A DNA stretch of 64,000 nt from Klebsormidium nitens (GCA_000708835.1 DF236967.1:62001-126000), one strand, 5' to 3'; counted from the stretch's first letter, positions 13,615 through 28,210 are shown. The notes: generated from the sequence alone by a model not told the origin. Numbers and translations are program-made.

Positions 13615-16600
13615 CTACCTCCGGCACAGGCTGGTTCCGCACCTCCCCCCTCCCCCCCCGACATACCGCCCGCCTCCTCTCGCACCCCCCCTGCCGCGCG
13701 CCCCGCTGTTGCTGAACAACAACCCCCCCTTGTTGAGCACCCGGGTCCCAGTACGTACCGCGCCACCCCCGAAGTCGGACTCGTTGCTGGCACGTGCCTC
13801 CTCGTAGTCCAGCACGATCCGCTTGAGCGCCTGCTTCTCCTCCCGTTCCGCGTCGTCCTTTTTGCGGCTGCTGATGGCGAGCCGGCTGCTCGCGGGCACG
13901 ATCAGCTCGCGCGTCTGCTGCTTGGCGCCGCGCCGGGTCACCAGCCGGAACGCCTTGCCCCCCGCCGGGGCGTCCGCCTCAGGGCCGGCGGTGGTTTCGC
14001 CCGGCTTCTGAGAGTGTGGGGAAGAGAAGCGTTGTCATCAGTGAAGCAGTAACAGTCGTCATATTTTTGACAGAGCTTTTTCTGTGCAGCCACCATGGGG
14101 CAAAACAACGCAGTACAGATTTGGCTTATGGTAAAGCCGTTTCAGTGACCTGTTGTGACGCCATTGACTGAGTTGCAATCTGAACCATGCCGCGAATCGG
14201 AGGCTGCGTCGCCCAAACGCAGCCACTTAATCTCATTACCTTTTCTCACTTCTCTTAATGTCTCTTAACTCGTTAACAAACTTCTTTTCCTTGACTTTTC
14301 TTCGACACTTCCTCTCATCGTAGTCATCGAGGAACACGGTGCAAAGACGTCGGGAGTGATACGCGGTCCCGCTTACCTGCGCTCCGATGTTGATGGGCAT
14401 GGCCAGCTCCAGCGCGGCCCCTTTCCGCACCTCGAACTTGCGCGCCTCCACGCTCTCCTGGACCATCGCGCGCAGCTCCTTGTCAAACTCCGCCTCCTCT
14501 TCCGCGCTCACCGCGCGCTGCCGGACGCGCACGTACTCATCCCCCTCGCCCTCGGTGTCCTCTCCCCCGAAACCCGCCCCCGGTTCTTCTTCTGTGTCGC
14601 TCGCAGCCTTTCCCTCGTTCTGATCTTCCTTATCTCCCCCGCGCTCACTCTCGCTCCCGTCGTCGCTCTCGCTTTCCTCCCCCTCCCCCCACTCCCCTTT
14701 CGTATCGCCCTCCACGATACTGACTGAGCCGTCCGCGATCCGGCTTGCAATGGTCTTTTTGCGGCCTTTGGGGGCCTTCTCGGGCGCACCCGGGGGGATC
14801 CCCCGGGCAGCCTCTTCTTCGGCGAGCGTGGCCTCCTGGGCCTCCTGCTGAGTCACCGCTTGGAGGGCCATCTCCAACCGGGGCAGCCGGATCAGCTTGG
14901 GTCGCAGAGACGCCAGAGTGTCCTGCGCAGCCGAAATGCTTATGAGAGTACGCTCATACGCATATAGTTTTGCGGAGTGCTTATGATGACTTGTTCATGG
15001 GCTGTTGCGGAATGCGGAGCTAACGGAAATGGGAAATCCCTCAGTCCGCTGATTGCTAAGGTGGTGTGTGGGCACTTCGTGCTGAAAGTATCCGTAATTC
15101 TGACGGAAAACTTTGCAGAAAGTACCAAGTCTCTAACAACTGCGTGAGCGGACCAAAGCGCCACTTCTTCTGATTGCAATGAAGGAGCTTGGTTGATCAC
15201 GAAGTGAGGGCTGCAAAGCTCATTGAACGGCAGATAGGTGCAACAGAGCAGATGGGCGGCAAAGTAGCGTCGTATAAAGGCCTAACCCAGACTCATCGCC
15301 TTCCAACGTAATTATTCCAGCAAACCTGTCCGATCTGAAAGCGAGCTGGAGCTTGCAACACAAAAAACTCTTTTCAAGAGCTTTTCAGAGGGGCACTGAA
15401 CATTGTTCTTAAGAGACGACACTGATTTGCGACGGACTGAATTGACCACGTCAAGCCGCATCTGCGCCCCACCTGGAGGTCGAACTCGACGTCGAGCGGG
15501 ATGGCGGCTTTGGAGAGGAGGTAGCGCTGGAAGTAGAGCAAGAACCGGTCGAGGCGGCGCTTGGCGGCGCCCCGGTCGAAGAACTGGCCGCACGTCTCCA
15601 GTAGCGTCAGGACCAGCCGGATGCGAAACACGTCCCCCGGTGGGTCCAGCGCCGCCTCCTGCACACGCGAGGGAAAAGGAGGGACCGGTGAGAACAAAGT
15701 TTGGCAGTCGGGGCGCGGGCTGATAAGGTGAGGCGTGACCGCCTTAACGCAGCTCGGGCAAATTGTTGATTGAGAGGTCAACGGCTTTCGCCGAGTCTCG
15801 AGCCTTCGACGCGACAAAAATACGGCAACCCAACTGCAGTCTCTCTCAAATTGAAGTGGATTTGAGAACTGGGGCGAAACCCCCACAAAGGAGGATTGAC
15901 TCCGGTGCTGTCCCAGAAATGGCATCCAACTTTGGACGTTTCTCTTGAAATAGAGCTGACGCGCCGACCGCAGAAGCCTATCTGGAGGGGCAGTCTGGAT
16001 GAGCGGATCACGCTTGATGCCCTCCACAATCGATGAATTCAGGAATCAAGACCGTACCTGGACCGTGCCGACGCCGTAGTTGAGCATAAGGTAGAGCGTG
16101 TCGAAGACGATGGGCGAGTCCACGATGCGGTAGTTGTACAGCTCCCCCAGGAACCGCATCTGCGCCACGCGCCGCTGATGGCGCGCCAGCCCGCCGCCCA
16201 CGTCCTCCAGGCCCGCGCGGATCTCCTCCAAGATCTGACAAACCAAAGAAGCGGAGTGTTCGTAGGGCTCCATATCTAAAGCGAGCAGTCCGCAGTCGCC
16301 AAAATGAACGGTGATGAAAGCGACAAAACGAACAATTTAAGAGCAGGTCTTAAGGGCGTATGTTCGTTGGAGGGGACATTGTGAAAGGAAGAAAGGGGAA
16401 GGAGAGTAAGAAGGAAAAAACTCCCAATGGTGGATGTGTGGAAAGCAATTGAGTGGGCCAATGATATCCCTTTTCTCCCCGCCCCACACCAATCGATCTG
16501 CATGGCCATTGCACAGCGGAGTGCGGACGAGCAGAATCCTGATTACATTGTCAAAGTAAAAGTTCCAAAACCCTCCACCGGAGCGGCGTAAGTCGGACCC

Positions 16601-19600
16601 ACCTGGTCGACGAGCGTGACGGGCAGGTCGTCGTGAAACTTGGTGAAGCCGGCCGCGAGCGACGCGACGAGGTGGATGTTGGCGTACTGGAGCTTGTGCA
16701 CGCGGCCCAGCACCTTGGCCACGTAGCCGGAGCACTCCCCCCACGGCAGCTTGCGCAGCTGACGCAGCACGCTCTCGATCGTCGATGCGCTCAGCTGCGT
16801 GTAGATCAGCCGTCGGATGTACTGCGGAGGGCGGGGTTGGGGGAAGCGGAATCAGCCGGGTTTCGTGTGCACCGGATGTAGACGCCTGACCGAGCGGACT
16901 CATGAGGCAATAAGTCTTGGAAGGTTTGCAGTCTCTTTCGAAAACAGGAGCCGGGAGGAGCACACCGCATGACGAAGATGAGTTGACAACAAAAGCAGAC
17001 GCTCGCATACGGTCCCGCCGAGCCGTCGGGACTCCACCCCGATGCACCTTCGCGCTAAAATTGGGTGTGAAAATGAGCTTATCAGAACCAGCAACACGCA
17101 ACGTGGACTCCCGACCAGTCACAACCATTCGCAGGCGCCAAACACACCGTTGCCGAAAGCAGCACTTTAAGCTCCAATATGTTAAAATGGAAAAGCAGCA
17201 TAGAGCAGAGCATCGCGCCCGCACCTCCTGCAGCGGCGGGCGGTGCTTGACGACGGTTGCGGGGCGGTCGGGCGGCTTGCACTGGAAGAAGGCGTTGTCG
17301 ACCATGGTGCTCTGGCGCGCGTCTAGGTTCTTGGCGTTCTTGAGCCGCATCAGGACGTCCAGCAGGTTGCTCATGCGGACGCTCGTGTCGGGCGTCCGGT
17401 ACAGGAAGCGCCCGCACGACTCCAGCAGATGGCACGCCGCGTCGATGTTGCTGCCGCTCAAGTCGTCCAGGTAGGCCTGTGTAGAAGGACGGAAACAGCG
17501 TCAGGCTTTGAGAAAATTGAGCAACGAGAGTCGAGGGCTCTTCGCCGATGACAAACAGCTTGAACCGCCAGAAACTTTATTCAACAGTACGTTTGCAATG
17601 CGACAAAACGTACTATCCATAATGCTGCAGATACGAATCAGCGGGCGTTAAGCAAGTGAGAGGGTGCCTTGCGCACACATAGCTTTTAGTTTTAAACTGC
17701 TAGCTACTGTTCTTTGTCGCCATTGCACCGAGAGCGAGGTTAATCGCGAGGAGCAGGGGCTTCAGGATTCTGGTGCTTGTCCGGTCCAGCGGAACAGGAA
17801 GTCTCACCCTGAGGCACGTGAAGATGAGGCTGGGGGGCGCGAGCTTAAACTTGGCCAGCTCGCCGAGAAAGTGCACGTTGCGGATCTTCGTCTCGATCTT
17901 GGACTGGTCCTGAAAGAGCAAACGTCCGAGACCAAGAGTCAGGACGCGCCAAGTCAACACGTATAGTCCTCACGGTGAAGATAGCCGGGATACGGACGCT
18001 CTCGTTATTGTGGCCTATGGACCAGAAAAAAACTGCTTAGTCGACTTGAAAAGAAAAGCCAGTACCTTGTGAAAACGTGCCCAGACTAAAAAGTCCTTTG
18101 AAACCTTCAAACTTTGCAGACCAGCCTCCATCGAGGCACCATACTATCCCGACAAAACCATCGACATTTGCGCCGTCTAGTTTGGCAAGAGGGTAAAAAT
18201 GGGCTTTTTCTCCATTTCGCTTCGACTTTGAAAGAAAGCAAGCCGTCAGCTGGTTGACGAGGAACATGAAACGAACGCAAAACAGGGATAGGACAAACAA
18301 ATCTTTCAAAAGCGAACTTGGACAACGGGGGGATACTTCGCACCTTTTTGGGCAGCAAGAAGTTGAACTCCTCCTCGAGCATGGCCAGCAGCATGGGCGC
18401 GACGTCCTTCATGACGGACGCCAGCGTGGCCGCCAGGCGCGTGTAGTACGGCACCAGCTCCAGCGCAGTGCGCGGCACGGCAAACAGCGCGCGCACCAGC
18501 TTCTTGCGCGTGCCCTTGCTGTTCAGGTAGCACACCTCCACCTGCGCACAGCGGCCACGTGGGGGGGAGATAAGGTGGAGTGGCGGGTGCGAGGGAAGGG
18601 CTTTGTCAGGGGGAGATGACGGAACGGGCTTCTGCCACCTGTCTGGGGCTCGGCTTGAGATGGCGCACATGCCCGGCGTTGTCCGGAGGCCACTGTCTTA
18701 CCTACACAATTGGAGAGAGCACCGGACGTCGGAACACGGCAAACGAAAGCGTCTGCACGCCCGTTGGGTCGCCTGTCTGAGTGGTCACTGACATTGGTAG
18801 CATCAGGCCCTAATGAGAGTCAATAAACTCCTCCTGTGTAGGAATCCAAAGTATCAGAACCAGCTTTTTTAACAAAACCATAATAATGTCGAAATAATTT
18901 CCGTCGTCCTCATCTGTCCGAAGCCATTCCTGGAAAGGCCAGCTACGCCGGAAAAACGAGCCCAATCCGTGCATCACCGGACGGCCACTCACCGCGATCT
19001 GGTCGACGAGATCCCTGCTGCCCGCCTTGGGCAGCCGTTGCAACAGCGCCTCCAGCGCCGCGTTGTCCTGCGCATTCTTCAGCCCCTTGTCCTCCCCCTC
19101 GGGGGCCTCCTTCTCGCCGCTCGCGCCCTTCTTGTCGGGGGACCCCTTCTCGTCGCCATCCGCGGCCTCGCCAGCGTCCGACTGCGAGAGATGTTCGGAA
19201 CGCTCTCCTCAGCTTTCAGATCAATTGGTGATGGTTGCTTATATTGGTGGTTCTTTCTCCTCAATATGTACTGCAGTCCCTGCGTCTGAGACGTAGCCAC
19301 AAAGCTCGACAAAGTCGAACGAATGGACCAAGAAGAGGCTGACGGAATGCAAGCAAGGCATGAGGTAAGAGGCAATGTGACCATTGTCCGCTGCTTTGAT
19401 CAAACGGCGTCCTCTCTTGACGCATCACAGACGGTCCTGAGCTCTGCCGGAGACCCTCACCTTGGTCGGCTCTTCTGCTTTTGGCTCGGCCTCGCCCAAC
19501 AGAACCGCAGGTACGAAAGCTCTGCATGCAGAGCACAATAAAACAGCTCGAGACTTTCCTCGACCCGTTTTAGCGAGTCTGTCTGCTGAAAGACAGACAG

Positions 19601-22600
19601 ACTCGGGCCTTCAATCTTAAGGCTCCTTCTGCCATGAAAGAATCCACAATTTACAGTCACTCAATATGCAATTCCTCATACAGGAGCATTGACGCCCCCG
19701 CACAGCACCATTCCTGGCTCTTACGAACCATCGCTCGCCTCCCCAACAGAACAAACAATCACGAACATTGTACCCCGATCAGCGGCTCAAAGACAATCAA
19801 TGACGATGTTCGACAAGGCTCGGCTAAAACTTTACCGCAGGTCCGGCAGGTCTTCATAGAAGGTGCGCATGTCCTCGTCGTCCCAGATCGGCTCCGGCCC
19901 GGCGGGCTCCTTCCCGGCAGGGGCCACGCTCGCGGCCGGCCCGCTCGTCACCCGGGTGGTGTCGTCTTCCGGCAGATCAGGCGCCGGCCGCTCGAGCAGT
20001 TCCGCCAGGCTGCGAGAAACAGCTAATGACGTCAGCATATTCAAAGAATGACGTCAGCCGATGCGGCTCTCTCTCCCCCATGCTGCCATGGGGGAGTCTC
20101 AGATCTGGCCCGCGGCTGCATTTGACAGTGTTCAAAGGGTTTTTGACGTGGTCGTTCTCTCCTTTCTCGATTGAAAGGCCGAAGCAAAGACGTGCTTACG
20201 AGGAGAGGGTGCGCAGGAGCTGTTCGTAGGCTTTGCGCTGCTTCTCGTACGCAGCGGTCGTCTCCTCGCTCAACTCGCCCTTGGAAGTCATGACGGCCGC
20301 GTTCTCGGCCTCCAGCGCGCGGAGCGACTGCAGAAGTCCGATCGAGGGTTGAAACTTCGGACGGGAAATTTTGAATACATCAGACCGGAAAGGCAATTGA
20401 CAGGTCAGTCAGAGAAAGAGCGAAACAATCAAGGATTTCTTTCGGATGCAGATTGCCATCAGGGGCCTTAGACAGGATGGCTTGACCGCGAACATGCTGA
20501 ACTCTTTCCCCCACAAGACACTGGCACTTCCGAAGGGGAAAGAAGTGAAACAGCCGCTTCTGGAGTCTCCTCCAGACACGATCAACACCCACCTTATGTT
20601 CCGAGAGCAGCAAAGCTTCCGCTGCCGTGTAGAAGGTCCCGAGGTGACCCAGGATGCTCGCGCACTCTGCCTCTGTTAAGACGGGAGGGGAGAACTGCCA
20701 AGAAGGGGTGCCATCATCAGAAAAGAGAGCCTAAGGTTTTCGGCAACTTGATATATCGTCCGAGACCCTTGACTCGTCCAAATCAATACCGCGCCTCCGC
20801 TCCAATTACACTCGCGAAAAGGTATTGTACAATTCATACTTGATGTCCGGCCACAAGAGATCAGCTGGATTGCAGATTGCTACACTTAGGATGGCTAATG
20901 GTGCCATGAGTACTTGACAAACTGCATTCGCCTCGTAAGAGCAGAAATCCATGATGATCAGCGAAGGGGGCGGAGGCTTAGAGGAGCTTTCAAAGTAGAG
21001 GTCATCTCAATGAAAGAGAGAAACAAGTCCCGACAGCGGGCAGAGAGCGATATGTGAATTATTCAAACTCAACACTGTGCCAGCATAACGTCCACAAATG
21101 GCATGCTCACTGAATCTGGCGTATCCACAAACTGCATGCTCACCGGTCCTGGCGTGTCCTTCGTTGCATTCGATGACAGCCGCAGCGGCTCCTTTGCTTG
21201 CTTCAGAAACGCCACGAGAAGGGTCCCCGCCGCCTGGGCCGCGTCCCTGTCCTTTGCCTGGTCGGGCTTGGCCAGCTCCTTTATGACCCCAACTAGAGCG
21301 GCGGAGTCTGTGACCACCCCAGCGATCAGAAGTTCTGTCAGGAGGCGCAGGGCCGTCCGCCGCTTGCTGAGGCGTGCGCCTTTCTCTTCGGCCTCGGGGG
21401 CGCCCTTTGGGGGTGGGGCGAAGATCTTGAGCAGCGCCTCGAGCAGCTGGGGGGTGAAGTGCTTGTAGCGGATGTGGAGCAGGGAACAGACCTGAGGGCC
21501 GATAGGGCCCTCTTCAGTCCAGATGATAACGAGACTTTAACGAGGATTCTACGATTCCAAGGGCTCAGAGAGTGTCTGATCGTCTGTCAACCATGACTTC
21601 ACTTGTTTAAACCGCTTCTGGACGCATCTACTCGAGGAGGCATTGGATACTGCCAGACGGTGGGGACAAGACACGCATAGAAGAGATCGTGGCGGTTGTT
21701 GAGAACATTGTCGCTTCGTCCTGGAACATCAAAGAAAAGACAAATAGTAGCTTGCGCACCTGTACCGCCGCATCGATGTCTGCCGTCTTGAGCTTGGCCT
21801 CCACGATTGCTGCCACTGCTTCGCTGAGATACTTGCTGAGGTTTACCGACTTCAGCTCTTCCAGCAGGCTGGGCCGTGTCTCTTCGCTGACGGCTCGCAG
21901 CTTCTTGATGGCGGCAGTGTTGCGCTTCACGCTCGAGTCGAGGCTGCGGAAGAAGCTGTCATCTGCAGAGGATGGAAGATGTCAAAGCTAATTTTCAGAA
22001 CTCGGGTTACCAAGTGCCAATGAATGAAAGAGTCAAGGGTTGAAAAGAGGTTTCCTCTTTAAAGTTTCGAGACAATATGTCGCCCCTCATGACAAGGAAG
22101 CTGTGAGCTGGACGCTCGCATGCTGAATGATGGCTAGCTCCAAGAGAGTGCAACAGCTGTGACTATACATCCACAAGTAGTTGGACCTGGCCAAACAGAT
22201 CACCAGGCCAGGGATGCCTACGGAAAGCAGGGAACAGGCCCTCAGAATCAGCGAACACTGATCCGGCAAGTATCATTCACCATCTTTGTTTCCCTGTCAT
22301 GTCGCACGTCCTTGGAGCGCTTTCACACCGCCAAGGAGCCGATTAACACTGCGGAGCGGTACGAGTTTGAACGGGGCCGTTTCAGTGAACAGGATAGAAG
22401 GAACGATGTTATGAAAATCATACTTCCTTCAAAGCCAACTTGGACTTGTTTGTGCCATTGGTGTGCGTCGAACAATCAGTTGCTGAGCTCACCGGGTCGC
22501 TCCGGCTTCAGATTGGTCTCTCTGAAAACCTGCTTTCTCCGGCGGCTCTCCTCTGCTTCCTCTGATCGCTTTGCAGCATCCTGAAGCAAGAGAAAGACAA

Positions 22601-22778
22601 CATCATTCCAATTCTGTTCAAGTTCTTGATGTGTCAGGTGCTCTAGATCACAGCGACTGCAAGAACTGGGTACCCTTTTGGACTCGATACCCATCCTCCT
22701 CTCGGGCCTCACCCTCTCTTCCATGTCTGTCCCTCGTGTCCCCTCAATGGGTGCTGCTCCATCTTTTGCATTCGCCAT
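13615..22778 (-). CDS. UPF2: Regulator of nonsense transcripts UPF2 (three MIF4G domains), ~1143 aa. Exons 22713..22778, 22493..22580, 21760..21962, 21144..21491, 20593..20694, 20200..20327, 19836..20009, 19461..19521, 18993..19181, 18344..18541, 17808..17909, 17225..17476, 16603..16821, 16058..16234, 15473..15658, 14377..14922, 13615..14007
   Basis: Hallmark peptides SLDSSVKRNTAAIKKLR, NLSKYLSEAVAAI, KIRNVHFLGELAKFK, NIDAACHLLESCGRFLYR, RRVAQMRFLGELYNY, FRIRLVLTLLETCGQFF, an acidic tract, and EEKQALKRIVLDYEE. Seventeen exons join in phase. The exact 3' end is less certain. Confidence 0.95.
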
Positions 22779-24032
22779 GGCAGGAAGTGAGGCACCCAAG
22801 GAAAACTAAGACTTCCTGGCCGCTCAATTTCCTGTAAGAGTTGCAAGAGAAAAGTTAGATGTTTGCAGAACGTCTCAAAAGGCTCAAAAAGGGTGGTACT
22901 CATTTCTGATCTAATGTCTAGATGGTGCATGTTTCTGCTTGTCAAACGTCTCCGCTTTGCAATTAGAGCCGTCGTGAGATCTGATGGTAAGTACTAGGTC
23001 GCACTGCCACTAAAAAACCTTTGACAGAAGTGATCGAGAAGCTGTCCCCAGAGTAGGACTGATGACTATTTTCAAGATGCGCTTTCTGCAAGTATCTTAC
23101 TGCCGATTGGATGCTGTCCTGTTTAAACGCCGTAATCTATACAAGAAAAGAGCTTGGGAAGAACCAAGGGAAAGTGGTTGACCTCTGGGATTGCAGACCT
23201 GGCGATAAAGTACCAGAATCAGAGCGACAAACTTATGAAATGAATCCTGTAGCCACTTCGAAGTGGGGCACTTACTCATTCTCATCTGACACCACCACCT
23301 TGCATCAGCAAAGACCATGGTTGTGGGCCCAAATTCCCTCTGGACACTGCTTCAGAAGCTTGTTTTCTGGCTGTTTGAGCTGGTTGCTGTTTGCAATGCC
23401 GCTTACAACGGAGTGGCACTGGTCGAGTTGAAAAGAGTCAGATGCATGATTGGCGTGCATGAAAGTGCATTGTGACCTGCATAGAACTCAAAGGGAACGA
23501 GCAATGGTGCACTCCCGCCCTTTCCTGCTTGCTTCCAGACTGAAAGGCGTCCTTCGAACGCCTCAGGCTCAAGCAATGAGGCAAAGGGTGGCAGAGGGCC
23601 AGGGCAGAGGTGTGAAGTTTCAGGAAAGGTACCTCTCATGATTTGCCTGCTGACAAGTCGGTTAACCGTGCTTGTTATAATGGGAGGTTAGCGCGTCCGC
23701 AACAACCTCTTAATCCCCTCGCAAGCTGCAAGTAGTTTCAGATAACACTAGATGTTACGCAGGGTTTTGTTCTGGTTAGGTACACCTTGCATTGATCCAT
23801 CTGGCCTTCTCTCACGTGCAACATCTTGCAACAGAGCTCAGCTCGACCTCTCCAAGGTGTGCATGTCAGCTACACTTCACTGTGTTCACAGGGAGAGGAC
23901 GGAAGGAGCGCAGGGTTGCACGAGTCCGCCGTTGCCTTAACAAGCATGGAAGGGTTGTACGGCTTGTATTCTCACTGCCTGCAAGCGCCAGGCTGAAGCA
24001 GCGTGGTTGCTCGAATTCTGAATCCATGCTAG

Positions 24033-27000
24033 ATGGCTTTCTTTCGAAATCTTACGGAAGAGCAGAAGACCAGTTTCTTCAATGCAACAGCTGGGGCCGG
24101 GGCAGGTGCGCCTATTTAGTTCGGACTGGTTGATTCGCTTGAACGCATTCTATTCTGGGGCTGCTTGTGCAGACAATTTGATCGTTTTTCCTGCACAGCA
24201 CATGAAACTCTCATAAGAGCGATCTTCTGCAGGAGCACCTATATAGTAGGTGAAAGTCGTCTTTGTGAATGTCAAGCCCATTGCTCGCCAAATGTTGCAT
24301 GCCTTACACCTGACTTTTGGGATTGCAACCATGTTATGTGTCTTTTAATTTGTCCCTCTTATCATGCTGTTACTAGTTGTCTGGTTTTGCGCCACCTTTA
24401 GCCATGGTAGACTGTTTATACTTTCTGATAAATTCCCAGCACCATACTTCAGAATGCATCCATGGAAAATCGCATTGGGTTGAGAATGTCACTCAGTGGA
24501 CTGCTTGCATATTCATTAGGCTCAGAAAGGAAGCTTTTTGTCATCTTCTGGAAAGCTTCTAATTGTTGAAGTTGGCTGGGATGGGGATTCTATGAGCATG
24601 AGATGCGAAAGTCCCATCAAGAATGTTTGGAATGTACTAAACCAAAGAGTGAAGGCATTTGCACGTTGCACTATGTACGATTCAGACTGGCGTGCTAAGT
24701 TGTGAGGTTTTCAGTGAAGGAATTGGTTGATGATTTATTTAAGGGAATCGAGGAGAGCAGCACTGGCTCTGAGGATGGCCGTCATGACATTTTACCCATC
24801 GGCAGTGTTTGACCCCCATTTTTCTACTGCTGATTGCAGGAGCAATCGCCGCGACCTTTGTGTGCCCCCTCGACGTTGTCAAGACGAGGCTTCAAGTGCA
24901 GCGTCTGCCACGAGCTTCCGATCCCAAAAGCACACTCTACAAGAGGGGCCTCCTTCATGGTGATTTATCAAAGTCCCTGGAATCTGCACTCAGACTCTCT
25001 GTGTAATCAAGCGTTTAAAATCAGCTAGGCACTATGAAGTAACCAAAAAGTCAGCTGTTCACCTCAGCTTTCTTCTGTAAATTTGCACATCAAACTGAGT
25101 ACTTGAAAGCCTCATCTTCTAGCCGTATGTCTTCTAAAATCATGCCTTCGCGTCCTCAGATACCACTTTCACAACTCTACGTGAGCCCTTTCTCCAATCT
25201 AGTACCATTATGCTAATCACGTTGAAGAGATGTGTTACTTCATGGAAGACCTCTGAGCTGTGTAACCCGTGCAGGTAGCATCAGGTCTATCCTTCGGGAT
25301 GAGGGTGTCAGAGGGCTTTACAGGGGTCTCGCTCCCACGATGGTCGCGCTACTTCCGAATTGGGCCGTAAGCCTCCCTTATCCATGTTTGATCTTCCCTT
25401 TCTCATTCCAACCATGCATCCAATGTCATTCTTTTGGCTCCTGTGCCTTTTTCCACAGTTGGTCCAAGAGAGCCTCTCACAAGAGGAGAGCACCTGTCTC
25501 TCATGGGAAGAATACCTTATAGACCCCGAATTTGGCGCAACTATCTCCGCAGGTCTACTTTTCAACATACGAGCAACTGAAGAGGTTCCTCACCTCAGAG
25601 TCATCAACATCAACGGTGTCTGGACTGAAGGAGGATGCAAACGGAGATATTCTGCGCAAACCGAACAGCATGTTGTCAAACACAATAGCAGCAGCTGGGG
25701 CAGGCACCACTACTATCGTGGTCACCAATCCTCTCTGGGTCGTCAAAACTAGGTGAGGCAGGAAATCATCCTGAAGTGTTGTTTAGTAGTGGCCTCTGAG
25801 TGTGATGAGGCACATCTGAAGGATCATGCTCACCAGGTGTCACATGCTTTGAGCATCTGACGTTTCAATCTGGATTCAACATGCAAAAGGAGGTGTTGGA
25901 GATGTAAAGTAGCAGCTTATGAATGTTTCATTGAGTGCGTCTGCATCGCAGGATGCTGAGCAGAAAGCCTGTGTTACGGTATACCCTTCGCCAGTCCACC
26001 TGTCAGGTCAAGAGGACAGAAAGGACTGACATTGTGAGGCAGGAATTATTTGTCAGGCACGATTATGCAGAAGACAACGACCTTTCTGACGTGTTGTTTC
26101 AGTTCCAATCAAGCGTCCCCTTGCTTGCAGGATGCAAACGCAGTCGCTTAGACCGGCCGGTTCTTCCATCCCATATACTGGCACCTGGTCAGCTTTATAT
26201 CGTATAGCTACTGAGGAAGGGCTGAGAGGATTATACAGTGGTCTCGTCCCTGCGCTCGCTGGAATCAGCCACGTGGCAATACAGTTCCCCATGTATGAGT
26301 ATATTAAGGAGGCATTGGCTGAGCGAGGTGAGAGGTTGTCTCACCCTTGGAAACGGTGGCTCCAGGCGCCATCAGGCAAGCCTAGTCTCCTGTTCTTCCA
26401 CTCCTTCACCTATTGCATCAATGTTTTCCTACTTCCATCATCTTGACAGTCACCTTCATCGTCTTTTTTCTGCGTCTGTACCTGCTCACACTTCGATCGC
26501 AAGCCTTGCTCCTCAAATTTGTCTTTTACTTCGCACCTGGTTTGATAAGTCACAATGTCAAGTGATTAAGTCGCCAGTAGCAGGTTCGATTTATTGTGGT
26601 CGTCTGAGGGGAAAACGTTGGGTCTAAGTCCGTCCGTTTCAAGTCTGTAGCGAGTCAGGTCGACGACTGCGCCGGGAGCCCAGGTGTCGTGCAATTGTTT
26701 CTTTGCAATCTCAGACAAGTCATCTTGATGACGTTCCTGTTTGCAGAGGGCTCCAGCGTGGACCAGCTGAGAGCGGGCCCTTTGGCGGTGGCCAGTGCCG
26801 TGTCCAAGCTTGTGGCTTCCACGATCACGTACCCGCACGAAGTGGTCCGGTCGAGGCTGCAGGAGCAGAGGCGGACTGCGGGGGAGGCATTGCAGTACAA
26901 AGGTGTTGGGGATTGCATACGCCAGGTAAGCTGTTGGACACGGCCCGCTTTTAGCAAGCTCGTTCTTCTGAATGTTCTGGTTTGTGAGGGTTTGCGAGCC

Positions 27001-27453
27001 TGAATAATCCGGTCACGGGCCCGTCTGTAGATCAGACCTTTGAATCTCTCCGCTGTGGCCCCTCTTCCAGGTTGACAGAGAGTTAAAAGGCGTCGATGAC
27101 AAATAGAAGCATCTGCATTCGGCTGACAGACCGCTGCGCTCCTTGAAGGGTACGCTCAACGGTGCCTCTGGTTGCAGGTTTGGGCGGAGGAGGGCATCCA
27201 CGGGTTTTACAGGGGTTGCGGGACGAACCTGCTCAGGACGACGCCTGCGGCAGTGATTACGTTTACTAGCTTCGAACTCATTCTCCGGCAGTTGCAAAAG
27301 ACGTTCCCACCACCAGAGCCCGTTAGCAAGCGAAAAGAAGCCAATGAGCAGGTCAGCATAGCCCCTCTTAGCGCGTCAGGTGAGAGTAGCGTCCCGATCC
27401 AAGACGAAGGTCGGCGGTACGGGCGGGAGTCGTTGCCCTCCGGGAGAAGGTGA
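24033..27453 (+). CDS. NDT1: Mitochondrial carrier family protein, NAD+ transporter (NDT1/2)-like, ~378 aa. Exons 24033..24105, 24840..24959, 25275..25366, 25553..25752, 26131..26327, 26747..26925, 27178..27453
   Basis: Three carrier signatures ([30 protein letters not shown]) plus [20 protein letters not shown] and [17 protein letters not shown], typical of NDT/SLC25A32-type carriers. Junctions are phase-compatible. Confidence 0.9.
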
Positions 27454-28210
27454 CCAAGGTCCCAAGTGGTCTGGAAAGCTGCTGGACCACTCCCCGCGAC
27501 CTTGTATGATGGTGTCTGTGTAGCGTAGATTGTTGCCCTTAAGTAGGACTCGGAAGTCGATTAAAGAGTAAGGACGGTAGGGGGTCAGTAAAGATAAGCA
27601 CGCGCGTGTTGCCAGCAGCTGTAAATGCTAAGGGCGGGACCTTGTTTAGCATGGACGGTATCAGGTCAATCGTATCAAAGGTCGTGCATAGGTAGTTGCC
27701 GCCACAGAGCATGGTGCAACAGTCTATACCCAGGGTGTCTTCCTCATGTCATTGGTCTTTCCAAAGGCTCTCAGTTAGTTTGACAAGGTTGCCCACTCGC
27801 AGCCGCGTTTGGTTACGAAACTAGCGAGGGGACTCTCTCCTGGTGTGCTTGCCCACCGGCTGTCGATCCAAGCACACGATCAAGCTCAAGCTCGTACATG
27901 CGACATGTGGTGATACGGAACACATAATGACATCCATCAGTGCATGTACCGCCTTAACCATTTCATCGTAAAATGACATGCAAAGCATCATTCATATGCA
28001 AGCCTGTTCCACATGCTTTATCCAGATCTCCGTTCAGTGAACATGATGCGGAAGGTTAGGTTTGTATTTTTCTGATTTGTAAGATGGCCGGACAGCTCCG
28101 TTAATAGTAACGGTCTCAGGATTCAACTAAATTTTCTGCATGGTGCCGGCCTCTGATTGCACGGCCACTTGAGTTCTTGACTGACTTGTATAGGTCCACT
28201 TTTGACAGCA

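Noticed and set aside
13615-13720. RGG/Gly-rich UPF2 C-terminal tail as a novelty
   Set aside because: Plant UPF2 proteins are recalled to end in similar Gly/Arg-rich disordered tails.
14983-15051. ATGATGA...CTGA C/D-like pair in a UPF2 intron
   Set aside because: On the strand opposite the host gene; no terminal stem or recognisable guide.
16337-17461. 374-aa ORF within UPF2
   Set aside because: One true exon (17225-17476) followed by intron and off-frame exon read-through.
25802-25860. C/D-box-like arrangement (GTGATGA...CTGA) in NDT intron 4
   Set aside because: Only 59 nt, no terminal stem, and the would-be guide is self-complementary with no recognised rRNA target.
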